From the NCBI GenBank assembly GCA_030704615.1, contig CM060731.1, positions 54,622,001 to 54,686,000 of the forward strand: a stretch of 64,000 nt of DNA. The letters are read 5' to 3'. Below the pieces are notes generated by a model. That model had not been told where the DNA came from. It worked only from the letters and a program-made list of their open reading frames with translations, and searched no databases. Made by a program: the position numbers and the translations under genes. Every line of letters starts with the position of its first letter. Within the stretch, counting starts at the first letter, position 1. Shown here piece by piece: positions 37,201 to 49,546 of the stretch. This stretch comes from Takakia lepidozioides (lineage: Eukaryota; Plantae; Bryophyta).

Positions 37201-38341
37201 TCACAAAAGCACTCATTATTGTCCTTCTTGTAGCGTTCATCTCCTTCTGGATGTGACTTTCAACCCCCTTTGCTGTCCTTCTCTCCTCAGGGGTAGAGCT
37301 GTAGTATTCCAGTTTGCCACGCTCCCCTGCATCTGCAATGTCTTGCTGCAAGGGAATGCAAGAGAGTTGCATCAATCCAAGGTCAAGGGAGACAGACAGA
37401 AACAAACATGTGGAAGCAGGAATATGGAAAGGCCAGATGAAGGAAGATGTATCTCACCGTGTACATGTACTCCATGAAAGCCTCACGGGTCAACGAGTAC
37501 CATGTTTCCGAAGTCTTGGAGCTTTCGCATTTCTTATAAATCTCTGCCGAAAGGATGGTCTTGAAGTTGGTCAAGGGCATCTGCCCGATCCTTTGTATCC
37601 TATACAGTGTGTGAACCAGACTCGTTTTGACATGCGATGTCTCCGTCCCTCTGCAGAATGATATCTGAATTTCAGAATGTAATTCAAGGACTTGAATCAA
37701 GGAAGAACGGAACCAGAAGTGCAACATGTACAATGAGAAACCAACCTGTTCACATCATTCATTGCCGTCAGAAGACCCATCATGTTGTCGTCACAATCAA
37801 GCACCATCGATCGAACAGAGTAATGCCACTCTTCCTCCTGTGAGTGCAGCCTCCCAATGACAGCCATCCATGCAAGCAACCGGTGGTTGCCATCCCAAAC
37901 GTGAAACATCTTCCCCGAGAATACTTGGGTGGAAGGTTTCCTGGAGAGAAGAAGTTCGAAGGATTCGTTCACCTGTCTCCAAATGGGGTCCCAGGAGTCG
38001 ACGATTGACTCATCCAAAAGGAGCTCGTTACCTCTAGAATCCCTAGTAGAAACGTAAAAGACTGCGGATCCATCCAAATACCCATGAACAAACTCGGCCT
38101 CCAGCTTGAGAATGTCTTTGACAAGGGGTGGACGAACGACGGGCATGGAAACCAACCTACACAGGGGAATCTTCAACCTCCCACCAGGAGCAAGCATACT
38201 TTGAACCACAAGCTGAGAGTTCACCTTTTGACCCCCCAGCATCTCAGCGGCTTTGCTTTCATAAAACTCATCGTCAACATCAACTATGGTCTCCTTCCCC
38301 TGACCCTGAGGGACCTCATCCGCCACACTTTGCATTTTCTC
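34222..38341 (-). CDS. Multi-exon gene: ParB/Srx-like domain + unknown middle region + beta-class N4C/N6A DNA methyltransferase-like domain (5' end uncertain)
   Basis: FHVWDGNHRLLAW (~37880). ELIILDIPDG (~35590, DPPY position), FLSDAGVLVL, RERSPAFIQTIVECCTYTDARVLDLSMGT^GASYHACKASARHVFGIEGD (motif X-I-II). GT-AG introns at positions shared with 57061-62182. Confidence 0.8.
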
Positions 38342-38559
38342 CTGCAAGGTTGTTCACTCAAATTCTTATAAGAGAGGAATGAAACGTCGACCGATGCATG
38401 AAAAAGTGGGATAAAAAGGTAAGTGTTCTTTGAGCTGCCAGGTAAGTGTTCATTGATCCTCACGGACCTGCACTATGTTCCCGATTTTCACAGGGAAAGA
38501 ACATTGAAAAGTTATGCTCAAATATCTGCCCATGAGGGCCGAAAGTTGCGCCCTTCAAT

Positions 38560-41500
38560 ATTCATATGTTCTGCCTAAACAGTGTGCGGTTCCGCAGACT
38601 GTTTGAGCTGACAGTGAAGGGTTCATTTTATACTCAGAAATGTGCCCCTGAAGTCCAAATTTTGCACCCAGAAACATTGAAATGCTCAGCTCAAACAGTG
38701 TGCGTTGCCGCACACTGTTTGGGCTGACAGTGAAGGATTCATCTCATCCTCAGAGGGGTGCCCCTGAAGTCCAAATTTTGCAGCCTGAAACATTGAAGTG
38801 TTCAGCTCAAACAGAGTGCGTTGCCGCACACTGTCTGAGCTGGCAGTGAAGGGTTCATTTCACCCTAACATAACAGACATCAAGACCAAATTTTGAACCC
38901 TAAAACATTGAAAAGGTCTGCTCAAACAGTGTGCGTTGCCGCACGCTGTTTGAGCTGGTTTTGAAGGGTTCATTTCATCCTCAGATAACAGACAGCAAAG
39001 ACCAAATTTCGCACCCTTAAACATTGAAATGTTCAGCTCAAACAGTGTGCGTTGCCGCACACTGTCTGAGCTGGCAGTGAAGGGTTCATTTCACCCTCAC
39101 ATAACAGACATCAAGACCAAATTTTGCACCCTAAAACAGGGAAATGTTCAGCTCAAACAGTGTGCGTTGCCGCACACTGTTTGAGCTGGCAGCACAGTGT
39201 TCATTTCATCCTGAGATAGGTGCCCCTGAAGTCCAAATTTTGCACCAAGAAACATTGAAGTGCTCAGCTCAAACAGTGTGCGTTGCCGCACACTGTTTGG
39301 GCTGACAGTGAAGGGTTCATCTCATCCTCAGAGACGTGCCCCTGAAGTCCAAATTTTGCACCCTAGAACATTGAAATGTTCAGCTCAAACAGTGTGCGTT
39401 GCCGCACACTGTCTGAGCTGGCAGTGAAGGGTTCATTTCACCCTCACACAAGTGCCCCTGAAGTCCAAATTTTGCACCCAGAAACATTGAAATGCTCAGC
39501 TCAAACAGTGTGCGTTGCCGCACACTGTTTGGGCTGACAGTGAAGGATTCATCTCATCCTCAGAGAGGTGCCCCTGAAGTCCAAATTTTGCAGCATGAAA
39601 CATTGAAGTGTTCAGCTCAAACAGAGTGCGTTGCCGCACACTGTCTGAGCTGGCAGTGAAGGGTTCATTTCACCCTAACATAACAGACATCAAGACCAAA
39701 TTTTGAACCCTAAAACACTGAAAAGGTCTGCTCAAACAGTGTGCGTTGCCGCACGCTGTTTGAGCTGGGTTTGAAGGGTTCATTTCATCCTCAGATAACA
39801 GACAGCAAAGACCAAATTTTGCACCCTTAAACATTGAAATGTTCAGCTCAAACAGTGTGCGTTGCCGCACACTGTCTGAGCTGGCAGTGAAGGGTTCATT
39901 TCACCCTCACACAGGTGCCCCTGAAGTCCAAATTTTGCACCCAGAAACATTGAAATGCTCAGCTCAAATAGTGTGCGTTGCCGCACACTGTCTGAGCTGG
40001 CAGTGAAGGGTTCATTTCAACCTCACACAGGTGCCCCTGAAGTCCAAATTTTGCACCCAGAAACATTGAAATGCTCAGCTCAAACAGTGTGCGTTGCCGC
40101 ACACTGTCTGAGCTGGCAGTGAAGGGTTCATTTCACCCTCACATAACAGACATCAAGACCAAATTTTGCACCCTAAAACATTGAAATGCTCAGCTCAAAC
40201 AGTGTGCGTTGCCGCACACTGTTTGAGCTAGCAGCACAGTGTTCATTTCATCCTGAGATAGGTGCCCCTGAAGTCCAAATTTTGCACCAAGAAACATTGA
40301 AGTGCTCAGCTCAAACAGTGTGCGTTGCCGCACACTGTTTGGGCTGACAGTGAAGGGTTCATTTCATCCTCAAACAGGTGCCCCTGAAGACCAAATTTTG
40401 CACCCTATAACATTGAAATGTTCAGCTCAAACAGTGTGCGTTGCCGCACACTGTTTGGGCTGACAGTGAAGGGTTCTTTTCATCCTCAAACAGGTGCCTC
40501 TGAAGACCAAATTTTGCACCCAGAAACATTGAAATGTTCAGCTCGAACAGTGTGCGTTGCCGCACACTGTTTGGGCTGACAGTGAAGGGTTCATCTCATC
40601 CTCAGAGAGGTGCCTCTGAAGTCCAAATTTTGCACCCTGAAACATTGAAGTGTTCAGCTCAAACAGTGTGCGTTGCCGCACACTTTCTGAGCTGGCAGTG
40701 AAGGGTTCATTTCACCCTCACACAGGTGCCCCTGAAGTCCAAATTTTGCACCCAGAAACATTGAAATGCTCAGCTCAAACAGTGTGCGATGCCGCACACT
40801 GTCTGAGCTGGCAGTGAAGGGTTCATTTCACCCTAACACAGGTGCCCCTGAAGTCCAAATTTTGCACCCAGAAACATTGAAATGCTCAGCTCAAACAGTG
40901 TGCGTTGCCGCACACTGTCTGAGCTGGCAGTGAAGGGTTCATTTCACCCTAACACAGGTGCCCCTGAAGTCCAAATTTTGCACCCAGAAACATTGAAATG
41001 CTCAGCTCAAACAGTGTGCGTTGCCGCACACTGTCTGAGCTGGCAGTGAAGGGTTCATTTCACCCTCACACAGGTGCCCCTGAAGTCCAAATTTTGCACC
41101 CAGAAACATTGAAATGCTGAGCTCAAATAGTGTGCGTTGCCGCACACTGTCTGAGCTGGCAGTGAAGGGTTCATTTCAACCTCACACAGGTGCCCCTGAA
41201 GTCCAAATTTTGCACCCAGAAACATTGAAATGCTCAGCTCAAACAGTGTGCGTTGCCGCACACTGTTTGAGCTGGCAGTGAAGGGTTCATTTCACCCTCA
41301 CACAGGTGCCCCTGAAGTCCAAATTTTGCACCCAGAAACATTGAAATGCTCAGCTCAAACAGTGTGCGTTGCCGCACACTGTCTGAGCTGGCAGTGAAGG
41401 GTTCATTTCTCCCTCACACAGGTGCCCCTGAAGTCCAAATTTTGCACCCAGAAACATTGAAATGCTCAGCTCAAACAGTGTGCATTGCCGCACACTGTCT

Positions 41501-43720
41501 GAGCTGGCAGTGAAGGGTTCATTTCACCCTCACACAGGTGCCCCTGAAGTCCAAATTTTGCACCCAGAAACATTGAAATGCTCAGCTCAAACAGTGTGCG
41601 TTGCCGCACACTGTCTGAGCTGGCAGTGAAGGGTTCATTTCACCCTCACATAACAGACATCAAGACCAAATTTTGCACCCTAAAACATTGAAATGCTCAG
41701 CTCAAACAGTGTGCGTTGCCGCACACTGTTTGAGCTGGCAGCACAGTGTTCATTTCATCCTGAGATAGGTGCCCCTGAAGTCCAAATTTTGCACCAAGAA
41801 ACATTGAAGTGCTCAGCTCAAACAGTGTGCGTTGCCGCACACTGTTTGGGCTGACAGTGAAGGGTTCATTTCATCCTCAAACAGGTGCCCCTGAAGACCA
41901 AATTTTGCACCCTATAACATTGAAATGTTCAGCTCAAACAGTGTGCGTTGCCGCACACTGTTTGGGCTGACAGTGAAGGGTTCTTTTCATCCTCAAACAG
42001 GTGCCCCTGAAGACCAAATTTTGCACCCAGAAACATTGAAATGTTCAGCTCGAACAGTGTGCGTTGCCGTACACTGTTTGGGCTGACAGTGAAGGGTTCA
42101 TCTCAGCCTCAGAGAGGTGCCTCTGAAGTCCAAATTTTGCACCCTGAAACATTGAAGTGTTCAGCTCAAACAGTGTGCGTTGCCGCACACTGTCTGAGCT
42201 GGCAGTGAAGGGTTCATTTCACCCTCACACAGGTGCCCCTGAAGTCCAAATTTTGCACCCAGAAACATTGAAATGCTCAGCTCAAACAGTGTGCGATGCC
42301 GCACACTGTCTGAGCTGGCAGTGAAGGGTTCATTTCACCCTAACACAGGTGCCCCTGAAGTCCAAATTTTGCACCCAGAAACATTGAAATGCTCAGCTCA
42401 AACAGTGTGCGTTGCCGCACACTGTCTGAGCTGGCAGTGAAGGGTTCATTTCACCCTCACACAGGTGCCCCTGAAGTGCAAATTTTGCACCCAGAAACAT
42501 TGAAATGCTCAGCTCAAACAGTGTGCGTTGCCGCACACTGTCTGAGCTGGCAGTGAAGGGTTCATTTCACCCTCACAGAACAGACATCAAGACCAAATTT
42601 TGCACCCTAAAACATTGAAATGCTCAGCTCAAACAGTGTGCGTTGCCGCACACTGTTTGAGCTGGCAGCACAGTGTTCATTTCATCCTGAGATAGGTGCC
42701 CCTGAAGTCCAAATTTTGCACCAAGAAACATTGAAGTGCTCAGCTCAAACAATGTGCGTTGCCGCACACTGTTTGGGTGACAGTGAAGGGTTCATCTCAT
42801 CCTCAGAGAGGTGCCTCTGAAGTCCAAATTTTGCACCCTGAAACATTGAAGTGTTCAGCTCAAACAGTGTGCGTTGCCGCACACTGTTTGGGCTGACATT
42901 GAAGGGTTCATTTCATCCTCAAACTGGTGCCCCTGAAGTCCAAATTTTGCACCCTGAAACATTGAAGTGTTCAGCTCAAACAGTATGCGTTGCCGCACAC
43001 TGTTTAAGCTGACAGTGTAGGGTTCATTTCATCCTCAGATAGGTGCCCCTGGAGTTCAAATTTTCCACCCTGAAACATTGAAATGTTCAGCTCAAACAGT
43101 GTGCGTTGCCGCACATTGTTTGAGCTGGCAGTGCAGGGTTCATTCCATCCTCAGAAAGGTACCCATGAAGTCCAAATTTTGCACCCTTAAACATTGAAAT
43201 GTTCAGCTCAAACAGTGTGCGTTGCCGCACACTGTTTGAGCTGGCATTGCAGGGTTCACTCCATCCTCAGAAAGGTACCCATGAAGTCCAAATTTTGCAC
43301 CCTTAAACATTGAAATGTTCAGCTCAAACAGTGTGCGTTGCCGCACACTGTTTGAGCTGGCAGTGCAGGGTTCATTCCATCCTCAGAAGGGTGCCCCTGA
43401 AGTCCAAATTTTGCACCCAGAAACATTGAAATGTTCAGCTCAAACAGTGTGTGGCGCCGCACACTGTTTGGGCTGGCTGGGAAGGGTTCATTTCACCTGC
43501 AGATAACTGACTCCAAGGCCAAATTTTGCACCCTACAACATTGAAAAGATCTGCTCAAACAGTGTGCGTTGCCGCACACTGTTTGAGCTGGCAGTGCGGG
43601 GTTCATTTCATCCTCAGAAAGGTGTCGTTGAAGGAAGAATTTTGCACCATTAAACAGTGACATGTGCAGCTCAAACAGTGTGTGGCAACGCACACTGTTT
43701 GAGCTGCCGCTGAATGGTTC
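38560..43720. repeat. Tandem array of ~44 x 116-bp units, each with a 40-bp palindrome
   Basis: Period measured as 40741->40857->40973. Palindrome CAGCTCAAACAGTGTGCG-TTGC-CGCACACTGTTTGAGCTG. Confidence 0.95.
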
Positions 43721-43726
43721 TTTCTT

Positions 43727-44248
43727 TCACAAATACCTGCCATTGAAAGCCGAATTCTTCACAAATATGGGTCCTGTAGATTTTACCTTTTTCCTAGCTA
43801 CTCGAGAAGACTCCCCAGTTGCCGGGGACCCTTTCCGCTTCGGGCTGCTCTCTTCGCCGACTATGTAGGTGAGCCTCTCCCCCTTCCTCTTTCCCGTGGT
43901 CAGATCGTTCGTGAGGCCAGTGTCAACATCTTCCTCCATGTCGTCTGTCTCTCCCTCAGACGCAGTGTCCTCCTCGCCTGTTCCTGGAACTATGGTGGGT
44001 TGTTGTTCTTCTCCAGATTCCTGCTCCTCCATCGCCACACTTTCCTGTATTCCCTCTTCTTCCTCCTTTTCCTCTTCCTCCACTCTTTCCATCCTCATTC
44101 TATATCTAGCTCTATTCCTGTTTCTAGAACTCGTGAAGTATAATGACTTCCTTCTCTTTCTCCTCCGCTGGAAACAAGGGCTCCCCACGATGCCCCTGGA
44201 GCTCTCCAGTTTGACGTTTGCAACAAGTGCTGGTATCGCATGTAACAA
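43727..44248 (-). CDS. Acidic/basic low-complexity ORF, possible upstream exon of the ParB-MTase gene
   Basis: Same strand as the gene, E/D-rich with KRK clusters, ends at a CAG|GTATTT donor-like site. The MULE-2 homologue also has a low-complexity N-terminus. Confidence 0.4.
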   Translation of the reverse strand: MLHAIPALVANVKLESSRGIVGSPCFQRRRKRRKSLYFTSSRNRNRARYRMRMERVEEEEKEEEEGIQESVAMEEQESGEEQQPTIVPGTGEEDTASEGETDDMEEDVDTGLTNDLTTGKRKGERLTYIVGEESSPKRKGSPATGESSRVARKKVKSTGPIFVKNSAFNGRYL

Positions 44249-45038
44249 AAATAAAAATGGACGTTGTCAACCGTATTTGGATGCGGGTGTTGATATTGTG
44301 TGCGAACGGAATTCATCCATTTTGTCGTCTTTGTATTGCCCAGCTAATAAAGCGCCGAAGAAAAAGAACATCCGTTGCATGCATTTGCGATATATGTCAG
44401 ATGTACTTCGCCGCCTGCCAATACATGGCGGCCTCCTTGCCTTCTTTCAAATTCGAATGCGCCGTAGAAATGTAGTGCTTTTTCAATTCCGAGCAGTTCT
44501 TCCAGATTCGCAATAATTGTTATGCTTCACATATGCATCCACGTGTGTTGTACTGCATGCCCTGTGGTTTTTTTTATGCCGTGACCGTCCCCATGGGGTC
44601 ATTCGGTATAAAGGATTGTGTCGGATATGACCATGTGTTGCACACATTCGTGCGAGGTATCTCTTGGAGTGTCGGTGTTTGTTCTGTGCTATTCTGGCGC
44701 AACACAATCTCATTACAATCGGATCTTCCTGTTTACTGCTCTCCAGGGTTGATGCCGTCATTTCATAATGGATGGTTTCATGTCATTTTCAGGGTTTGTT
44801 TTCCATCCAAAAACAGTACGGCTTCTTGTGGCTCTGGTCTTTCAAAACGGTTTTTCTGGTTGGTGGGAGGTGAAGGTGCATCATCCCTACATCCTTGGCA
44901 TGCATCGCCGGCAGCCTTTGGTTTGGTGCTACCCTTGTTGACCTCAGTTTGCTGGTGGTATTTCCACTTTCGATAATTACGGGCTCTCAGTTCGGGGATT
45001 CCGTTCTGAATCGGCAGTTTCGTTCAGTGCTGGAAAAC

Positions 45039-48000
45039 ATGTCGAGGGAGCGAGATGCACTCGCTCGATTCCATTCCAATGCAGGTACTCTTCCACTGAC
45101 TGCCACTGCAGACGACGATGGGTATGCAGTTGTTCATGAGGATGAGCTGGTTACAGTGTTCCCGCTGGAGTTGGGTTCTCTGCTTGTTCAGAAAGAGGTG
45201 TATGACGAGGATGGGAATTTGGATTCTGGGCACTTGGAGAAACCCTTGGTTGGCGAGTGTGGAAGGAAGTGGAGAGTCCTTCCAGGAACATACCGTGTCC
45301 TTGGAAAAGAGAGAAGACAATCAGCAGGATCAGTCGTTACCCCTGGCACTGCAGCATCGGTCGTGCAACAGAAGGGCACAGTTCCTGTGAAACAAGAGGT
45401 GAGCACATCCACTACCTTCGTTACTCTTTCGGACTCGTCCTCGGAGGATGTTTCTGAGATTCCTCCGCCATGCAAACTCCCTTATTGGATGATGACGAAT
45501 TGCAAGAGATAACAAGTGTCATTCCAAAATTGAAAGCCCTCGCAGGTGTGCCTGGGTGCAAGAGCGAGCTACGTTTTGTTGATTGGGAGTCCCTTCCAGT
45601 GCAACGGGTTCAATACGTGCCAGCTCAGTTTGATGGGGACATCTTGTTTGAGCTCAACCCTCCCACGTCTTCCAGTGGACTGGCTGGGCTTCTGCAGGGC
45701 ATGGACAAGAAACATGACGGACATCCTTGGTGCAGGACAAAAACTTCGAACATCCATAACGACATTGGCTTGAAATTTCGGAGGTCGGTTTGCGTTGGGC
45801 ATTGCAAGTGCCTGAATATTTCTTGCCCTCGGCTGAGAAACAGCGCTCAGCCAAACGAAAGTGAGTGGGAAGGTGTGCCCCTGAATCCTTTCACCCCAGG
45901 GCTTGCACCTCCCAAGACCAATACTTTTGTGTGCAGGTTCTGCAAACTTTCCCCGTCCTGTGTTTCTGTTTGCCACGCTCGTATGTATCAGGTGGCACAT
46001 CGATGCAAGACAATGACTCGTGCCTGCATTCATATGGGTGCACACGAGCATCCTGTGTCCAAAGGGAGTTGCAGGGATAGCGTGGACATCGCTAGAAATC
46101 TACTGAAGCAAGAGTTCCATAATGCCCCTTCTGCAACACCTTCTGCTATAGCGCTTGCAGCTAGCAAGGCATTCCTGGAAAAACACATACTGGGTGAAGG
46201 GGATGCGACACAGCCAATGCTGGATGCAGATTCCCTTGAGGCAGTCATGGACCATTTCTCCGTGTTGAGCTCTCCCAATATTCGAAACCAGGTGAATGCA
46301 CTCAGAATGGGCACAGGCACTGCTGGATTCATGGACAACATTATGGACCTCAAACGGAGGAGTCGCTATGAATTCATTCAAAACAGTATCTTCCCTGGCC
46401 AGGGCTCGTCCAAAGTGTATTTGTTCAAGATGTCCGCTGTGGGCCAAGGCAGTGGTGTGAGCATTGTCCGCCGAATGCAACCTGGAGGAGATTTGGCTAA
46501 ATGTTGGTTAATGTTTGATCACTGCAAACGGGTGAAGGGTTGGACAACCATGGCGTGCCATGTGTATGATCCAGCGTACCAGCGTGTGCTCTCCATAGCA
46601 ATTTGTGATATGCAGTCGGAGGACACTGAATCCCAGATGCTCATGTGGAATTCCCTCCTGACCGTCATGCAGCGCAATGGAATACACAACACAAATTTTG
46701 CGGGCTTCATGGCTGATAGTGCACAGGCAAATTTCAATGCAGTGCGGCGCGTGTTTGGTTCTGGGGATCCTAAGGTCCCCATGGAAAATAGGGAGCGCAC
46801 ATGCCTCTTCCATTGGAGTCAATCTCTGGCACGTCATACAAAGCGCTGCATTCGCCCTGACCTTCAGTTGGAGCATAGAAGGCTCTGTCTGAAGTACAAG
46901 AATGCCACCTCAATGGGAGAAGCTGAGAGCACTTACCAGGCAATCCGGGCTTGGTGGTTCTCCGCTGGTGCTGCTACAGGTATCCACCTGAAGGAGTTGG
47001 AGGACTGGTTGGTTTTCTGGCACTTCAGGTACAGACAGTGGGGAGCTTTCATGACGACGGTAAGCCTCACAAGTTTTCCTTGAACACAAATTGCAATTTG
47101 CATCGTGCCTGTTCATTTGGGGTTGTTCGATTGTCACTTGAAGAACCTCTACCATTTCTTTTCCTTCCTCACATTTCCATGCAATGCCTCCTGCAGGACA
47201 TGTCCTTGGAGGACTTGGCCGACATGCCATCGTGTAATTTGGCAGAGACTGTTCACAACGCCTGGATGCAACAGTCTACCAAAGCAGGTCGTGACTTGTA
47301 TGTGGCCACTGCTGATGACATGGTGCGGGCACTTACACAACAAACCAGGTACCGCAATTTTCTGATGGGACGGGGTGGAGGGAAGGGCCCCGATTCGACT
47401 TTGTTGATGCTAAGGGCTGCGAGTAGGTCCGGAGACCCGTCAAAGATGGCCAGAGCTCTAAACAGGTGCACTGAAGGCTCCCCTCTGCAATCCAGGCTCC
47501 CCCATTTGGAAGGCGAGGAAAGATTTGGATCATGCAAAAGGAAATTAAACACTCTTCCAGGGTCAGATGGAGATTCCCATAGGCCAGACAGGGTCAATTT
47601 CTCTGTGCCAAAGGTGTCTCCAGTGCAGACTAAGTCCTGTGCCGGCCCCTTCCCAGGTGGGTCCTCCTCCTGTGGAGCAGGTGCAGAACATGCAAGCATA
47701 GCAGCGGAAATCCCATTGGAGAAGGTGGTGGCCATGGTGCAGGAATCTGATTGCATTGATAGTGACTGGCATATAGAACGCACCCCACCAGGATCTAGAG
47801 TGGCTTGCATGGCAATTCGGACCCCCTCTTTCAAGAAATGCAAATCAAAAATATGCAAAGGCTCCAGGGGGACTCCAGCTCCAACATTCACAGGGTTGTT
47901 CCGACCTTACCATAGTGGGGAGTCAAAAGAACACAAGTTTTGGTTCTGCCCAGACGATATGGCACGATGCGTGAAGGGAACAGTTCGTCCTTCCGTGATA

Positions 48001-48609
48001 ATGAAGCCCCCTCCCCCCGCAATTTGGCCTGTGAAAATTGGGACATCGCTGTCCTCAACCGAGATAAGCATGCTGGAGGAGGGAGGGTTTTGTCTTGCAC
48101 GGTCCCGGGTGGTGCCCTTATGCACTGTCGGCACAGATGTGCCACATGCTCCGACAATGCCTCCACCCGGTGCCGACTCCCACCCAACAAAAAGAGATGG
48201 AAAAACAGTGCGCCGTGTTGCTTCGGGTGCAGATCACGAATGCAAGATGGAATCGGCTAGAATTTTGCAGGCTACGGTGACTCGTATCACCGAAGTCCCT
48301 TCCCCGGGGTATGGACGGATTTACACAGTGCTGTCAATTGGCTCAGTTCTTCATGCCAAAGAATATCAAGTTACCATTGGGAATTTCCCATCGTGCACTT
48401 GTCCGGATTTTGTAACGATGCGTGAGGGCGCTCTCGGCATGAGAGGGAAGTGGGTCCCCTGCAAGCATCAATATTACATATACCTTGTAATTATGTGTTG
48501 CGATGGTAAGAGAGACCAATTCATTCACCAAGCCACACTAGGCTACGGAGAAGTCATCACCCTTCTGCAGCGGGACACCTCGCGTAGAGCTCCGCCAACT
48601 TCTCTTTGA
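45039..48609 (+). CDS. MULE-1 transposase: GCM-like Zn domain, MULE DDE core, SWIM finger (one frameshift at ~45475, intron ~47059-47196)
   Basis: W..TKTSN..CVGHCKC..C..C..HMGAHEHP; WLMFDH, FMADS, TCLFHW, NLAETVH; SWIM CTCPDF...CKH. Confidence 0.88.
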
Positions 48610-49077
48610 ACACATACGAGCCATGCCCGCTTCCCATGCTGGTTTCCAGGTTGCCGTGTGAAGACTTTTCATTTTATGACAAACATATACATTTCGTTCA
48701 CTTGTGAGGGCAAATGCACTTGCGATTCATTGTAAGCGTCTCTCTGTGAATTGAAATAAACTGTGTCAATCATTCTGAGCTCAAATCTGCCATGTTTACA
48801 TATTCCTCTTTTTTGGCACGCATTGCAGACATGGTGCATGGTGGCCTCCTTTGTTTTGTCCACGGTAATAGGCCCTCTTCGTGCAATCCTCGCCTATAGG
48901 ACCTGCTTCTCCAGCAGATTCATGCCGCTCACGCTTCCCTGAAGCGTGAGCTCAGCTCACGCTTCAAAGCTTGAACGTGAGCTCAGCTCCCAGGCTCACG
49001 GGGCTGGGCTCACGCCGTAGCTACGCTGCTATCACATCTTGTGGCTACCTGGACTTAGAGGGACCTAAGCACCAGCT

Positions 49078-49275
49078 AGGGGGGCGATTGTGTGGACTAG
49101 TGACTGCCATAGTGGGCAGCATAGTGGCAGCCTAGTGACTGACTAGTTGTAGCCTAGTGGTTGGACTAGTGGCTGGACTAGTGGTGGACTAGTGGTATAC
49201 TAGTGTGTGGTGTGCACATGTGTTGTGTGGTTTTGGACAGCGATGTAGTTGTGTACGATATGTATGCGCACGACA
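49078..49275 (+). other. PPT-like tract followed by a ~187-bp terminal segment (TG...CA) rich in ACTAGT palindromes
   Basis: AGGGGGGCGA then TGTGTGGACTAG...CGACA; same sequence at 957-1152 and 437-630. Confidence 0.65.
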
Positions 49276-49281
49276 TCCCTG

Positions 49282-49546
49282 TTAATTTCCACAGTAGAGC
49301 CAACAGAGAGTCAAGTCCGTCCTGTTTTTTTTTTTAAAAATCAGAGAGATGACTCCCTGTGACATGTTTCCCGGCATTTGGTTCGCTTGAAAAATGTGGT
49401 TGGCCATGGCCCAAAAATCTAGCGAGATGTCATGCCGAAGCTTTTTGTAAAATTCGACCGGGACTCCATCCATCCCTGGACATTTCCCATCTTTCAGCTT
49501 GGAAAGGGCCAGTTCAAGCTCCTCTTCCGAGAGAGGCCCTTCCAGT
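49282..49546 (-). pseudogene. Non-LTR (LINE, L1/Tx1-like) RT fragment
   Basis: PGMDGVPVEFYK...GVISLIFKK: N-terminal RT motif of LINEs. Confidence 0.7.

Larger units (their letters stand above)
33819..49029 (+). mobile_element. MULE-1: Mutator-like DNA transposon with degenerate TIRs, 15.2 kb
   Basis: 9-bp TSD TATCACATC (33810-33818 / 49030-49038; a 10-bp reading is also possible). The empty site is present in element 1 (1192-1200). Subterminal CGTGAGC/GCTCACG motifs; encodes a MULE transposase. Confidence 0.92.
23084..49275 (+). mobile_element. Element 2: DNMT/PHD-bearing Ty3/Gypsy-type unit (~11 kb) carrying a 15.2-kb MULE insertion
   Basis: TGTCAAG...GCACGACA termini and a 4-bp TSD TCCC at 23080-23083 / 49276-49279. 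Reverse complement of element 1. Confidence 0.9.

Noticed and set aside
34222-38341. Bacterial or phage contamination as the source of the ParB-methylase
   Set aside because: The gene has conserved GT-AG introns and lies within a TSD-bounded MULE nested in a plant-type retroelement.
38560-43720. CRISPR array or tandem tRNA/5S genes
   Set aside because: The whole 116-bp unit is repeated with no unique spacers, and I see no tRNA cloverleaf or 5S similarity.
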